Program-made: the position numbers and the translations under genes | Part shown: positions 1-14,195 of the stretch, piece after piece | Layout of the letters: each line of letters opens with the position of its first letter | Numbering within the stretch: position 1 is the first letter of the stretch | Notes under the pieces: generated by a model | What the model saw: the letters and a program-made list of their open reading frames with translations, nothing else | Databases searched by the model: none | What the model was told of the DNA's origin: nothing | Assembly: GCF_001194135.2 (NCBI RefSeq) | Contig: NC_068981.1 | Coordinates: 19,858,350-19,922,349 of the forward strand | Origin: Octopus bimaculoides | Lineage: Eukaryota | Length of the DNA stretch: 64,000 nucleotides | Direction: 5' to 3'

Positions 1-1054
1 GTATTTCAGGAATATTTATTTTCTGGGGCTTTTGGTTTCACTTCTCATTAATATCTACAGACTAGTTTCCACAGGCAGCCAAAGAAATTTGCTGTCAAGA
101 CATTCAAGTTTATCAACTGATTGCTGTTACTTTACTCACTTTAATAAATACACTTGTATTAAACTTCAAAATACTTATAAAACGTTAAGTCCTCACATAT
201 TTATGAAGCCTTTATGCTAATTAAAACATAAATCTAGTAACATGTGACAGGTACCCCTAGCGTCCTCTGCTAATGAGTAATTCATTGTCATTTTTTATAT
301 AAAATATATTTTAAATGGCAGTTGACTTTCATCAATTTATAGTAATTTATAGAAAACACAAACAAACCAGATTTTTAAACATCCTATTAAAGTTGTCATT
401 GATGAACAATATTTTAAAATAGTGAAATTAAATTAATTTGTAATTTGTAATAATTTCTGAGAAAAACCAAAAAAATGAAAAAGACATCTGATCTTTGAAA
501 ATTCAACTCTTCTTAACAAGTCATATTTTTTCTCTTGTATTTAATTTATTAATTTATGTTCATCACAAATAGAATAATTCTTTTGACAAAAATATCTTTG
601 TTGTTGAGAATATTCCCTGACAGAACAACCAATTGTTTGAAGAAATCATTCTCAGAACTCTGATTGTCTTCATAACTAATGAAATTATGATCTTGTTAAA
701 AGTGTCATTTATTACTTGTTACACAATTCATTAGAGGGAACTGAAGAATGGAGTTTTAACTAATGATGATAAGGATGAAAGTTCACAATCTTATTTTAAA
801 ATCTCAGTTGGATATTTTAATATATAAAGTTTTGTTTCTTATATACGAGCATTGTGTTGAGAGGTTACGAACACAGAAGCATAATCACACACTCATATAC
901 ACGTGCCCTCCCCCCAATATATACACATTGAGAGAAAGAAAGATGCACACACACACATACATACATATTAAGACACACTCTCATACATGTGCCCCTCGTG
1001 TGCACACATTAAGAGAAATTCAGATACATACATGTTGAGTGAGGCACACACACG

Positions 1055-1123
<69 letters not shown>

Positions 1124-3398
1124 ACTTATAAATTTGGTAAATAAAGGTGGAAAGTATTATTTATTCTATTGGAGTACAACTAGTGTAGTTTTTAATACTC
1201 TGTGTTTAATTCAAACTTGAAACAAATGGCAATTAGAGAAAACTAATGAATTAGAGAAATTTAATGAAGTAAACTATATGTTCATCTTTGAAATTGAAGT
1301 TTGTTTAGTTGTGATCTGATATTGATTCTCATCTACCTAATATCTTATATCTCTAAAATGAAAGATATCTATATTAAATAGCTGAATAGTGTTTCAAGCT
1401 GTTTAATGATTATATTGACTGAAAGACAGGAAAGTTTGTTTGCCAAATATGTTAGTGCAAAGGTCTTGATTGTTTTCAGATTTTGTGTTTTATATGGAGG
1501 AATAAAAATATTTGTCCTGGCATGTGAGATCTATAAAATGAGAACATGCCAAGAGAGAAGGCTACCTGTGTTTGCTTGATTTACTAAAAATAGCAGCTAA
1601 ATTCCCTTTAAATCATTTTTACTACCCAAAAGAAAAAGTGGATGCATCAGGTAATTTAGTTAGGGTACACTATACCTAGAAAATTTTTTAAAGGAGAATG
1701 TCATGGTTGGATTACATGCTTGCACAGAGCTGACCTAGGTAGGAACAGATGAGGGTTGGTGACAGGAAGAGCATCTGGCCATAAAATCTGCCACAGTGGA
1801 ATTTCATCTGACCCATGCAAGCATAGAAAAGTGGATGTTAAAATGATGTTGATGGTGGTTGTGGTTGTGGTTGTGGTAGTGATGGTGGTGGCGGTGGTGG
1901 TGTTGATGATGATTTTCTCAAAGTAATGTATTTTATCTAACTGTTTTCAAAATAATCCCAATATACCAAATGCTTTCATAATGAAGGTTTTATATCAACT
2001 GTTTCATTTTCTTCTAGATATCTCACAGTTTCTTTGTCCCTTGACATATATTATCATAGATTTCAAGAGAATTGTCTGTTTTACAGGAATGGATTGTTGT
2101 CCCAGTGTTGAAACATCCTCCTCTTAATGAAGATACTATTTCCCATGAGGTTGAGTTGAACTTGATCTTTATAAAATACTGAGGCTGTGATCTTTATAAA
2201 ACACACAACCAGTAGATCAACATAAAGCAAAGAAGCTTGTGTGTTGTGGCTCTGGTTGCTAGAAATAGAGCTAAACCTCCCTCAAATCACACACCTCTGT
2301 CTTAAAAGGGGAAGAGTGCTCTGTAAAATATGGTGTACATTGTCTAAAAAAGAGACAGGATGGTCACAGCTTGAGTACTTGTGATCAGCACAAATGCTTT
2401 TGCACTTTAGAGCAGCACCAGTTATAGTTTTAGTAGTAAATGAGGATTATGGATACAGCATAAAGGGGATCCACCAACTGGAATCTTTTTTGGGGAATAA
2501 TTATCTTCTGGAAATGCTAATGACAAAAGTAAGTGCAAAAGAGGAAAATACACCATCATTGATATCAGTAGAGATTGTTAATTTTAAGACATGATTTTGT
2601 TTCATTTCTCTTTGTTAACACTGTTTAGGTTGGAGGCTGAAAACCAATGTAAACCAATAATCTTTGGAAATATGGGTACATTTTGCTCCCTCTGCTGTAA
2701 ATATCTATCTAATATTTTGTAGGAAAAGCAAATATAATTAACCAACAGCTGAAGATATATTAATTGTTTTTAGAAGAACACATCTGTGTTCATTCATTGT
2801 CATAATTGAATGAGAAAATTATAGCAGCTTGTTTGTTGCTGGTTATTCCAAAACCATACTGATTACCAAAAAACAGTCTTTTTTTCCTGTTAAGAAATAC
2901 ATATTATCGTCATCATCATCATCGTCATCATCATCATCGTCATCATCATCATCATCGTCATCATCATCATAAACATCCTCATCATCATTGCTTTAACATC
3001 CACTTTTCTATGCTCACATGCATTAGACAGATTTTTTTTTAGGTAGATTTACTACAGCCAGATGCCCTTTCCATTGCCAACCCTCACTTGTTTCGAAGTA
3101 AGGTAATATTTCTCCATGACCAGTCATTGTTTTCATGGAAGATTGAAAATGAAGAACACAGTTTGTATGACAGTGACATTCATTAATAATTATCATGTGA
3201 AGTANNNNNNNNNNNNNNNNNNNNNNNNNNNNNNNNNNNNNNNNNNNNNNNNNNNNNNNNNNNNNNNNNNNNNNNNNNNNNNNNNNNNNNNNNNNNNNNN
3301 NNNNNNNNNNNNNNNNNNNNNNNNNNNNNNNNNNNNNNNNNNNNNNNNNNNNNNNNNNNNNNNNNNNNNNNNNNNNNNNNNNNNNNNNNNNNNNNNNN

Positions 3399-3460
<62 letters not shown>

Positions 3461-4399
3461 GATTGGCTTCTTTCAGTTTCAACCTACCAAATCCACTCAT
3501 AAGGACTTTAGTTGGCTCCAGGCCATTGCAGAATGTACTTGGCCAAGGTGCCATGCAGTGGAACTGAACTGAAGACCATGTGGTTGGATGCAAACTTCTT
3601 ACTACACAGGCATGATTCATGAGTCATTTATTACTAAATCAACTAGCTTGAGTGAAGCTATATACATCACTGATGAAATCAAATAAAACAACAGCATATC
3701 TGGAAGTGTCTTCTATATTAGACAAGAAAATGAAAAAACATAATTTGTCGTTGACTGACATTAATTATTTTTGCACCTGATATATGCTTTATCAAGTCTT
3801 CATGGATAAAAGGCAAGAGTTGAACACTGATATAAGACTAGCTTCAATAATTTACTAGTACTATGATATAAAGTATTGTGTTGTGTTCTAGCACGTTGTT
3901 GCTGTTGTTGAAGTCAGTTCTAGCAATTAGGTGGGCCTGTGGTTAAAGGTATTTTAGCTATGATCATTCATTCTTTTCAGGGGTGTGTAGTTCTACATTA
4001 TTTCATGTGACATTTTTTTCTCCAAAGATTGCAGAGAGTGATTTGAGGGAGATATAGCTGCTACTTCTAGTAGAAAGAGCAACTAAATGACATAGATAAA
4101 TCACATGACATACAAATATATGCGTTGACCATGCAATATCCACATAAAAATGTATATATATAACCTATGTCACATATACACGTAAACACTTATGTCAGCC
4201 ATGCATGATTAAGTTGTTCAGTTCAAACCCTCATAGTATAGGTGAGATTTTACTGTGCAGTACCTGGAACAAATCTTCTACTGGAGCTTGTGGGGTAACC
4301 AGCAACTTATGGTGGGGGGGGGGGGTTGTGCAGAAGCCCATTTGTGTGTGTGTGTGTGTGTGCGCGCGTGCACACGTCCATATACCCAAATACACACAC

Positions 4400-4508
4400 T
4401 TCATCATCATCATTGTTTAACGTCCGCTTTCCATGCTAGCATGGGTTGGACGATTTGACTGAGGACTGGTGAACCAGGTGGCTACACCAGGCTCCAATCT
4501 GATTTGGC
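4400..4508 (-). mobile_element. Short 3'-end copies of the RTE-tail family; representative copy
   Basis: Shares CGTTTAACGTCCGCTTTCCATGCTAGCATGGGTTGGACGAT with copies at about 31200-31347 (-), 32690-32935 (-), 38305-38410 (+), 58497-58710 (+) and 31540-31950 (+), and a related 3' UTR segment at 63895-64000 (+). Most end in (GAT)n or (GAC)n tails. Confidence 0.85.
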
Positions 4509-6042
4509 AACAATAAAACAGTGAAAGAACTGAGATTTTCACATGTAATTATTCCAGGTTTCATTTTGCCACTTATCAAGACAATTATTCTTTATTTAGA
4601 AACCGAAACCAGTATAAATATGTATATATGGACAAAGGACAGATGGATTTTATTTTCTCTTTCTTCCCCTTTCAACCAACAGGTTTCCAGTTCTTCCTCT
4701 GTCCATCCTCATGTGGCTTTTTAACATCAAATTTTATGCTACATTATTGCCTTTTAAAATAGACACATTTGTTTTTTTAGCACCAGGTTAGTTCTGATTG
4801 AGCAAATCTCTGATAAAAAAGCAGTCAAGCAATCATCCTGCCACATTTATATATTCCAAACTATAATGTCCAATATCTGTCTTTTTTATCAAGACTGTAC
4901 CATATGTAATATAAGGAAGATTTGATTGCTATTTCTAGCAGTTCAAGTGGTAGCTAAGTGGTTCATAACTGTCTCCGCTAGTATGTGTTCATGAAAATTG
5001 CTGTGCATGGATGTGCTAGTCACTGTGTATATTGTGTTTCTGTATATTAATGTTACTATGTATGACATTGGATAGATTTGTCTAGCAACCATAAAGAATA
5101 TCTGTGGTTATCTCATACATATATGTATGTATGTATGTACATGAGACAGTACAGTGTGAGGTGAGTGGGAACTGATTGTTGTTTCCATCAGGTTTAATTG
5201 GTCTGTTGCAGGTGGAAATACAAATGGAACATGCTCATGCAGTAATTTGAAAGATAAATTATTTTAAGATACATACAATATATTATAGTTGCCGCTGTTG
5301 TTTATTCCAGATTAGTTGTGATCAAATACATTATTGATAAAAAGCAATCCTGCTGTGATTATTTTTTCTTTTTGTAAGTTACGGAATCACATTGTCCAAT
5401 GTATTCCTTTTTTTTTTTAAGACTACTGAATATGTGATTTAAGGAAGATGTGGCTGCTATTTTTATCAGTCTTAGCTATTATATTGGAGATTTCATTATT
5501 GACTGACACATACCTACATGCACATATATGCACACACATACATATATATCCATGCATGTACACACACATACACACATACATACATACATACATACATACA
5601 TACATACATACATACATACATACATACACATTAAATAATGATGCTATTGATATATGTGTGTATATAGAAACATGCAACTTACAAAAATACATATAGATAT
5701 ACACACACATGAGACTGTAGTGTGTGATTTAAGGAGTGTTTGGTGCTGCATTTACAAGGTGTAAGTTGTCTGTTTTGAGATCAAATACAAAAAAATACTT
5801 GCAATTCTTTGAAATGCTCGCCTAATATACGCAGTAAATGGTAGCAATTAATTTGATTGGTTACCTAATTTAGTTTAAGTAAAGCCATTTCATCTTCTGC
5901 ACTTGTGCTGTTTAATCAGGAGAAAATGAAGACAAAAGAATTCCTTGTGTGTGTGTGTGTGTGTGTGTGTATGCATGCATTCGTGTGTGCATGTGTGTGT
6001 ATTTTTATTTATGCTGGTGTAAAACCCAGTCTTATTACTTAC

Positions 6043-6149
6043 CTTCTCCAGCTTGTTTTCTGTTGCCATTTATGCTGTGTCCCTTTCTGTCAGGTAACTT
6101 AGATGTCCAGCATTCAGTAAAACAGAGATTCATAAAAATAAGTACCAAG
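6043..6149 (-). CDS. Candidate exon, unknown gene (LVLIFMNLCFTECWTSKLPDRKGHSINGNRKQAGE)
   Basis: Acceptor TTATATTTCAG| and donor AAG|GTAAGT, with an open frame over 107 nt. No homology recognised. Confidence 0.3.
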
Positions 6150-6374
6150 CTGAAATATAAACTGAGGTTAATATGATAACTAAAACCCTTCAAGTTGATT
6201 CCTAGCATGGCTGCAATCCAATGACCGAGACCAGAACAAAAAATTCAAATGTCAAGAATGTCTTAAAATACTCATGTAAACACATATATCAACCATGTGA
6301 TGTACACATGTGAAAACATGCATTGCTCATGTTAGACACACAAATAAACACATAGTCAAAATGTCATATACACA

Positions 6375-6455
6375 CATAAATACATCAACCAAATGCAATA
6401 TACATATACACACATAAATACATCAACCAAATGCAATATACATATAAACACAAAC
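6375..6455. repeat. 38-bp tandem repeat next to an assembly gap
   Basis: CATCAACCAAATGCAATATACATATA occurs at 6383 and 6421. Confidence 0.75.
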
Positions 6456-6962
6456 ATCAGCCATGTGACATGCTCATATGAATGCATACTTTAGCTGTAC
6501 CATATGCATATTAACATATNNNNNNNNNNNNNNNNNNNNNNNNNNNNNNNNNNNNNNNNNNNNNNNNNNNNNNNNNNNNNNNNNNNNNNNNNNNNNNNNN
6601 NNNNNNNNNNNNNNNNNNNNNNNNNNNNNNNNNNNNNNNNNNNNNNNNNNNNNNNNNNNNNNNNNNNNNNNNNNNNNNNNNNNNNNNNNNNNNNNNNNNN
6701 NNNNNNNNNNNNNNNNNNNNNNNNNNNNNNNNNNNNNNNNNNNNNNNNNNNNNNNNNNNNNNNNNNNNNNNNNNNNNNCATATCCTAGCTAGAAGGAAGA
6801 GATGTGAAGATTTTGTCTAACTTCCAGCTATTTCATTCACTAGTCTTGGTTTTCTTTCTTGCCATATTTATTTATACAGTTTTCAATCTCTTTTTCTTTT
6901 TCTACTTTCTACAACTAGATTTAATTTCAATGTCAATAACAAATCATATCATATCCTCATAA

Positions 6963-7080
6963 CTATTATTATTATTGTTGTCCTTATTATTACTATTATT
7001 ATTATTATTATTATTACTATTATTATTATTATTATTATTACTATTATTATTATTATTATTATTATTACTATTATTATTAC

Positions 7081-7137
<57 letters not shown>
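6963..7137. repeat. (ATT)n microsatellite
   Basis: Direct inspection; source of the poly-Leu ORF. Confidence 0.95.
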
Positions 7138-7473
7138 CTGCTAAATTATTATTGAGAATTATATATTTCCATCTTTATTAAAATCTAATGTATAGTTGTG
7201 GTGAAATGGTGCTGGAAGATAAAACCTGTTTGGTGACAGCCTGACAATGATCAAAGCATTTAAAAAAACAGTAATTTATAATAAAGCATAGCATTATATT
7301 TTACTGTGTAGGGGATGTAGATTTTTCAGCGATACTTCTTTTTTTTGTTGTTGTTTCTTTTTTTAAAACTCTTAGAACTCTTATAAATAATTGTTTCCTC
7401 TAAGTATAAAAAGGGTTTTGTAGATTTGTTTTAGAACTCTGCCGGAATTCTTTTTTATTATTATTTTTTCCAG

Positions 7474-7524
7474 GTGGAATCAAAGGAAATCGAACTTAAA
7501 AAAAATTCATTCTTTCAAACTTGA
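7474..7524 (+). CDS. Candidate terminal coding exon (VESKEIELKKNSFFQT*)
   Basis: Pyrimidine tract + CCAG| acceptor, stop at 7522-7524, AATAAA at 7582-7587. In phase with the candidate exon 2087-2149. Confidence 0.25.
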   Translation: MESKEIELKKNSFFQT

Positions 7525-7705
7525 ATTGTAAAGTGAAAAGAGTAATTTATTTTATTTAATGGTTTTTAATTCAGTGTTAGCAATAAAAATCTGCTTTTGA
7601 ATTTGCCTAAAAACCGTTTCATATATTCATATATAATTAATAATCTAGGCTAGAGATATTACACTGAAGGAGAGTAGATAAAATTATTTATTTATTTATT
7701 CATTC

Positions 7706-7707
7706 CA

Positions 7708-7749
<42 letters not shown>

Positions 7750-7825
7750 CATTGTTATTGTGCATTGTTGATTATTGGTGTATATTATAATTATTATTAT
7801 ATATATTATTATCATCAGCATCAAT

Positions 7826-7896
<71 letters not shown>

Positions 7897-7915
7897 TATT
7901 ATTATTATTATTATC
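7706..7915. repeat. (ATT)n/(CAT)n compound microsatellite
   Basis: Direct inspection; source of the poly-His and poly-Met ORFs. Confidence 0.95.
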
Positions 7916-10900
7916 ATTTTAATATAACAAAAAAGAAAGATAAAGCTAATACATGAGATTAGTAATCATTCTGAACTGTTGATGTAATTTCTGAGCAGCA
8001 ACTAGATTATTAAATAGCTGTGCCAAACATTGATTCTTGCTAGCATGTCACAAAAACAGATTTATTTCTGCTACACAGTCAGAATAATAATTAAAAAAAT
8101 GTATTAAAAAAAAAATATTATAAAAAATAGAAAAAAAAGCAGGAATGCACCAGTATACATTAGTGTGTTCCAAACTGCAGATACAATTTTTACTGTTTAC
8201 AATTAAGTGCTGATATTTTGGCAAATATGTAATTTTGTATTATTTTTATTTGTTAAGTACATCGTGTTCACAGTTTTAGCAAACATTGGCTTTCTGTTTG
8301 CTTTCTCTAGCTATTACAGCAAATCTAGTGAACTGTGAATGCTCCCAATGTTTAGAAGAAAGGAAATATATATATATATATGCACATGTGTATACATACA
8401 TGCACTTGCATGTATGTATGTATATATATATATGTATATATATATATCATCAGATACCAATTAGTTACACCTGTCTTAATAAAGCAAGTCTCATTTTGCC
8501 ATATGCTAGGGTTTTCTTTGTTTTTTTTGTAAATTTGTGTAAACCCTTCTCTCCCTATTCAATAAAACTAAATTTCACTTTATGTTTTTTCCCATACCAC
8601 CATGATGGTAGTCACTTCTTTTCAGCTGTAGGCTACTACAAAATAATCAATTTATTTCAATTTATTTTCCTCTTGATTATTTCCTTTTTGATTTTTTTTC
8701 TTTTTTGTTAAGATTCTCGAAAGGTTCACTTATTTCAGCCTGATTTGTTCGATTCCTTCATTAAAGCTGCCAATAAAGCATGAATGGAATTAAATTTTGA
8801 ATATCTGATTTATTGAAGCTAATAATGTTTTCAAAATAATCTATGTAATTTCTGTACAATCTTAGAAAAAACTGAAATTTCCTATTTGATTTCTGTAAAA
8901 TCTTCTGCTTGTGATTAGCGGTAAATAATTGTGTCCATTCTTTGGACTTATATATAGTATAGAAAACATCTTTGGTACAACCTCTAATCTATCCCCAAAA
9001 TGTCATTTGATAGTTGATAAAATATTGTTATATATATGTATGTATACATATAAATATACATATATATATATGTGTGTATTTTTTAGTGTCTGATGTTAGT
9101 TGGACATTATGAAAAAGCAGAGCCTCAATATAATTGTTTGACTTGCAAGAATTAGTGGCCAAATCTTTTTCAGATTACTTCCTCAAATCTCATCAAATCA
9201 CTCCCTATCATTTTACATATGCGTTGTTTATGTTATGTTATATATATATATATGACTAACCTAGCTTTTAATGTCTCTAGTATTGCCAGAAAAAAGGTGC
9301 CAACAAAATACTGAGAAAAATTATAAAAAGACAGACAATATGAGGCATGATAGCTAAGAACATCCAATAATATCACTAAGTAATTTCCTTCAGTGATTTA
9401 TTTTCCAATAATATAGATGCTTTGAAAACAAACTTTATTAATATCACCTGATATTATTGGTTAACTTCACAATAATAACTCCCATCCAAACTACCACTAT
9501 TAACACATGCACTGGTAAGGATTGAATAAAATTGTTAATTTCAAGATTATGAGTTGTTGGAGGTTGGTTAGCTTGACCTACAGCTTTACCAACTATCATA
9601 AGTATAAAAAGTGAGCTAAAAGAAATAACTTAAGTGGGCCAGTGGTATGAATTTAAACAATTCAAGTGGGTGGTAATGCCAAAAATTCTAAATGAAATTA
9701 AATTTGCCTTTTAGTTGGTGAAAAGAAACAAAAATTTGATTGCATTTGTTAGCAACTTTTAAAGAAAAAGGAATATAATTTCAAGAAAATTAGAATTAAT
9801 TTCACAGAGAATTGCTTCAGGTTAATAAACTGGTCGCTGGGATGCATTTCGATCTTATTTAACCTCATCAGTGGGGCATAATCTTCTCAAAACTTTGTTG
9901 GTTAGGTCACACAATTGGCAGATACAAAAAATAGTTTATGAAAAAAACACTGAATGGAAATTGACAGAATTAGTATAATTCCATTTCTCTGATTTTTATA
10001 TCCATTCCTATGAATCGTCAAAGGAAGAGAAGTTACAGTGTTCTACATATCTATCAGATGTTTACCTGATACTCTATATGAAATGTTTACTACAGACTCT
10101 GTATCTTGAATTTATCAGACTCTTTGCCTCAAATGTTTAACAGATACTTGCTGTCACATATCAGATGCTCTGTACCTTGTATTTATCAGATATTCTATAT
10201 CACATCCTGTACCATGTATCTGGCTGTTGCCTTGCAACTGCATGGCTTCACTTTACTACTCTGTGTGATAGGATTGAACTCAGTATCACTACTCAGTACC
10301 TTGAGCAAATATATTCTACTATAGTCTTGAGTTTTAAGTAGGCCAATGATATGAATTTAAACAATTCAAGTAGGTAATGGTGTCGAGTATTACAGGAGAT
10401 GGAAACAATGTGCAAGTAGATTGGCAGGACCATTCACGTTCTTGGAGGATAGGGGTAGACTTAATCAGAAATCTAGTTTAACATGATTATCTGAACATTG
10501 GGTACCTTTTGTGGATCTCACTTGTTGCAAGCATTTTCACTTGGTGTCTGGTCTGAATATAACTTCCTTACTTCCTTCAGTCTTGAAGAAAATAATCATG
10601 GCTGGCTGCCCTTCTTCCTCTGACTAAACCATTAAAAGGATTTATAAACTTGTTAACAGTTCAAATATTCTTGTGACATATTCAAAACCATAAGAAAGAT
10701 ATTTGCTGTTTTTTTGTCATGGAGAAATATTCTTGCTGCAGATGAATAGGTGTAAACATTCCAAAGTCAATTTAAAACTTCCCCTACCTAGATGATGGAT
10801 ACATATAGTTTGGAATAGTTATCTCCTCTTCAGCACTGAACACTGGAAATGAAGTGCTACGGACTGACAACGAAAGACCAATTCTCCCTAATTCTCTCCC

Positions 10901-11413
10901 TTTTATATTTGTACACATCACTGCCTAGCCCTTCTAATCTGTATTAAAAAGAAAATATATCTTATATTTATGAGATACTCTGTACTAAGTATTTATTAAA
11001 TACTCTGTACCACATGTTTATCAAATGCTTCAAGTCAAATTATTAGGAAGTAAAACTTAAATAATAAGAAGGTTCAATTTACTAGATTATTCTCTTGTTT
11101 CAAGTTTGATTTATGTGACCTATCTCACCTTTATGTCAAAACAATAAGAATAATGAGCACACAATGAGTAGAAAGTACTTGTGAGATTTTAAAATACTCA
11201 AATGTTTGAAGCTGTATTAAATATATATGCGTATATCATATATATATATGTATATGCATTCACATATACGTGTGTGTGTGTGTGTGCGCGTGTGTGTGTG
11301 TGTGTACATACACCATATATGTATATACATATACACATTGCATTGCCACATTAATATTTTGCCTGCATTAATGTTATTTACCATCTCTCAGCAACCTTCA
11401 TCTCCACTACTTT

Positions 11414-11459
<46 letters not shown>

Positions 11460-12508
11460 TTTCCCTCTGGCAGATTGTAATCCTCTCTACAATCCTTTTC
11501 TTATTTCCCATGATTCTAATTCTATTGCCTAAACATGTTTCATTCTTTTTGAACTTGGATTCTCTACCTATCACTTCATTCATTTTTACATTTCTCTCTT
11601 TTGTTCAAAAGCTAACAATCTGCTCTTGGTTTTTTTTCTTAGCAGATTGGTCTTGGTCTGTTTCTTTTTTGTCACTCTAGTCAAAAGACCTTCATTATTT
11701 AATATTCTGTGTCACTCCATTACAAGTTGTGTTTGTTTTAACCATAAAAGCTAGATTTAACCCCTTTGTTAGCATATTTCTATTGAATACTCTGCCTTTG
11801 TTTCAATTAATTTTGAAAATGATGAATAATAACAGGAGTAAACAGATTGTCAATATTAATCTGATATTTGGAATATAAATTAATGGGAAATTTTAGTGGA
11901 AGTTTTTGAGATCACTTTAAAACAAGCACCAGAGGCAAGTTTGATAGCAAAGGAGTTAAATATTGTTGTACATAATTTTATAATTTTCATAGGTTTGTGG
12001 TTATCCTGTTTTGTCCCAATCCTATTGTATCAGCCCTTTCCTTGGTAAAATTTATTATAAATCTACCAACCTTGTGTGTGAGTATCCTGTTGATAAAATC
12101 TGCTGAAAGCACCTTGATACACACACACACACATAGGCCTGGGTAAATATTTTGGTAAGTGTCTTCTATTATAGCCCATGGCTAACCAAATCCTTGTGAG
12201 TTGATTTAGTAGATGGAAGCTGAAAGAAGCCAGCTGTGTGTGTATGTGTGTGCATATATGTAATTTTCTTTTTAGTTTAATTTAAATTCTTCATGAGAGT
12301 TTAAGCTGGTCGCTAACAAAGCTACAACACTTTTTGAATTAAGAGAGTTCCTGATGTTTGTCAAAATGTGGTTGAGTTAGTGTGTTAGTTCAAATGTCGA
12401 TGCATACACCCAAGTGTGTACATATGTTCACATAAGAATATTGGATGGAGAATTTTTAAGTTATACATGAATGTATGTGTGCATGTTTGTAGGTAGATAT
12501 GTACGTAT

Positions 12509-12994
12509 CTAAATTACACAAAAATGAAAATAACACTGACATCTTATTTTAAGAGACATATTTACCAAACTAACATAAAAATAGCTTCAAATACTAAAGA
12601 GTAAATTTATTCAATAAAATTGCCATTGACTTCAGCCTCATCCTCCAGACAACTTCAGAATCTCCTGCAACTCTTCTTGATGGTCACCTTGTTTAAGTTG
12701 GTGAATACTGCCATAATCCCTACTTTCAGTTCATCTTTGGTGTAACAAGGAGTTTTGTTGATCTCTCACTCAACTGCGCCCCACACATAATAATTAAGGA
12801 GGTCGCAGTCTGGGGAGTCAGGTGATCAAATGTTAGGGGTGATGTGATCGCAGAAATTGTCTGACAGCCATGACTGAATTCTCCTGCTTGTGTAGCATGG
12901 TGCAACTGACCCTACTATAGACAAAATCAAAATAAACAATGCACCTACACGATATTAAAATATAAAATAGCAACAATTTACCCATCACACCCTG
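12509..12994 (-). mobile_element. Second, more deleted copy of the same maT-like element
   Basis: Collinear with 23407-23789 and with the right end of the 23.4-kb copy. Retains GNFIE* and the CAATTTACCCATCACACCCTG terminus; the left TIR is absent. Confidence 0.85.
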
Positions 12995-13745
12995 TGCATA
13001 CATATGTATATTTACATATATGTACGTGTGTGTGTGTCTATTTTATTGTCTCCTTGCCTTGACATCATAGAGCAATAGTTGTAACTGAGTGTTACTGTCA
13101 TGCAAGAAATGTTCTTTGTCGTCATTCTTCCATGGATTATATCTGGGCATGGTCAAATATTACCTTACTTGGAAATACATGAAGGTTGACCGCAGGAAGG
13201 GCATCCAGCCCTACAAAATTTGATCCATTGAGCATATACATATATATATATATATCATGTGGACAATCATATTTTCAGCTGGGACATTACAACCATATTG
13301 ACAGTTCAAGTGCTTCAATTCTGTATATGTACATATATTTACTTGATTGCTAACATTTATCAATGGTTTCTCCCATTGTTTTGATGCACCATTTTCTTTC
13401 ATTAATAAAACTATCTGCATTTTTGATGACATGGGTATGCTAGTTTATTAATAAAATATGTTTACTTAAGTCTACATTTTATATTGAGTACTTGTCAGAT
13501 AATGCTTCAATCAATGTTTAACAAGCCTCCATGAATGTTTAAACACCTATGAAATACTATATGCATGCACATGTGTTATAACTGTAATTAGGTAACACTG
13601 GAACATCTGTTCACTTATTTTCCTTTATGATAACGAAAAATCTTTTACAGGATTTATGTTCCCTGGAGTCTTAGTTATCTCTTAACTGTATTCGTTCAGG
13701 TAGATTGATTATATCATCATCATCATTGTCGTTTAACGTCCGCTG

Positions 13746-13802
<57 letters not shown>

Positions 13803-13804
<2 letters not shown>

Positions 13805-14195
13805 AGGCGCAATGGCCCAGTGGTTAGGGCAGCGGACTCACGCCCATAGGATTGTGCTTTCGATTCCCAGACCGGGCATTGTGGGTGTTTATTGGGCGAA
13901 AACACCTAAAAGCTCCACGAGGTTCCGGCAGGGGATGGTGGCGAACCCTGCTGTACTCTTTCACTACAACTTTCTCTCGCTCTTACTTCCTGTTTCTGTT
14001 GTGCCTGTAATTCAAAGGGCCAGCCTTGTCACACTCTGTGTCATGCTGAATATCCCCGAGAACTATGTTAAGGGTACACGTGTCTGTGGAGTGCTCAGCC
14101 ACTTGCACGTTAATTTCACGAGCAGGCTGTTTTGTTGATCGGTTCGACTGGAACCCTCGACATCGTAAGTGATGGAGTGCCAACAACAACAACAA
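13803..14195 (+). mobile_element. tRNA-derived SINE family C, apparently full length
   Basis: GGAGGCGCAATGGCCCAGTGGTTAGG (A box) ... TTTCGATTCCC (B box), a unique body of about 300 bp and a (CAA)n tail; many CpGs retained. Confidence 0.75.

Noticed and set aside
3023-3460. ORF ending GEILPYFETSEGWQWKGHLAVVNLPKKKSV that looks protein-like
   Set aside because: It spans a gap and a (CA)n run, and its DNA is a degenerate member of the dispersed RTE-tail-related repeat (GATGCCCTT.C.A.TGCCAACC).
6975-7956. Poly-Leu, poly-His and poly-Met ORFs
   Set aside because: Translations of trinucleotide microsatellites.
13803-13875. tRNA-like sequence
   Set aside because: It has A and B boxes but no complete cloverleaf, and continues into a SINE body with a (CAA)n tail.
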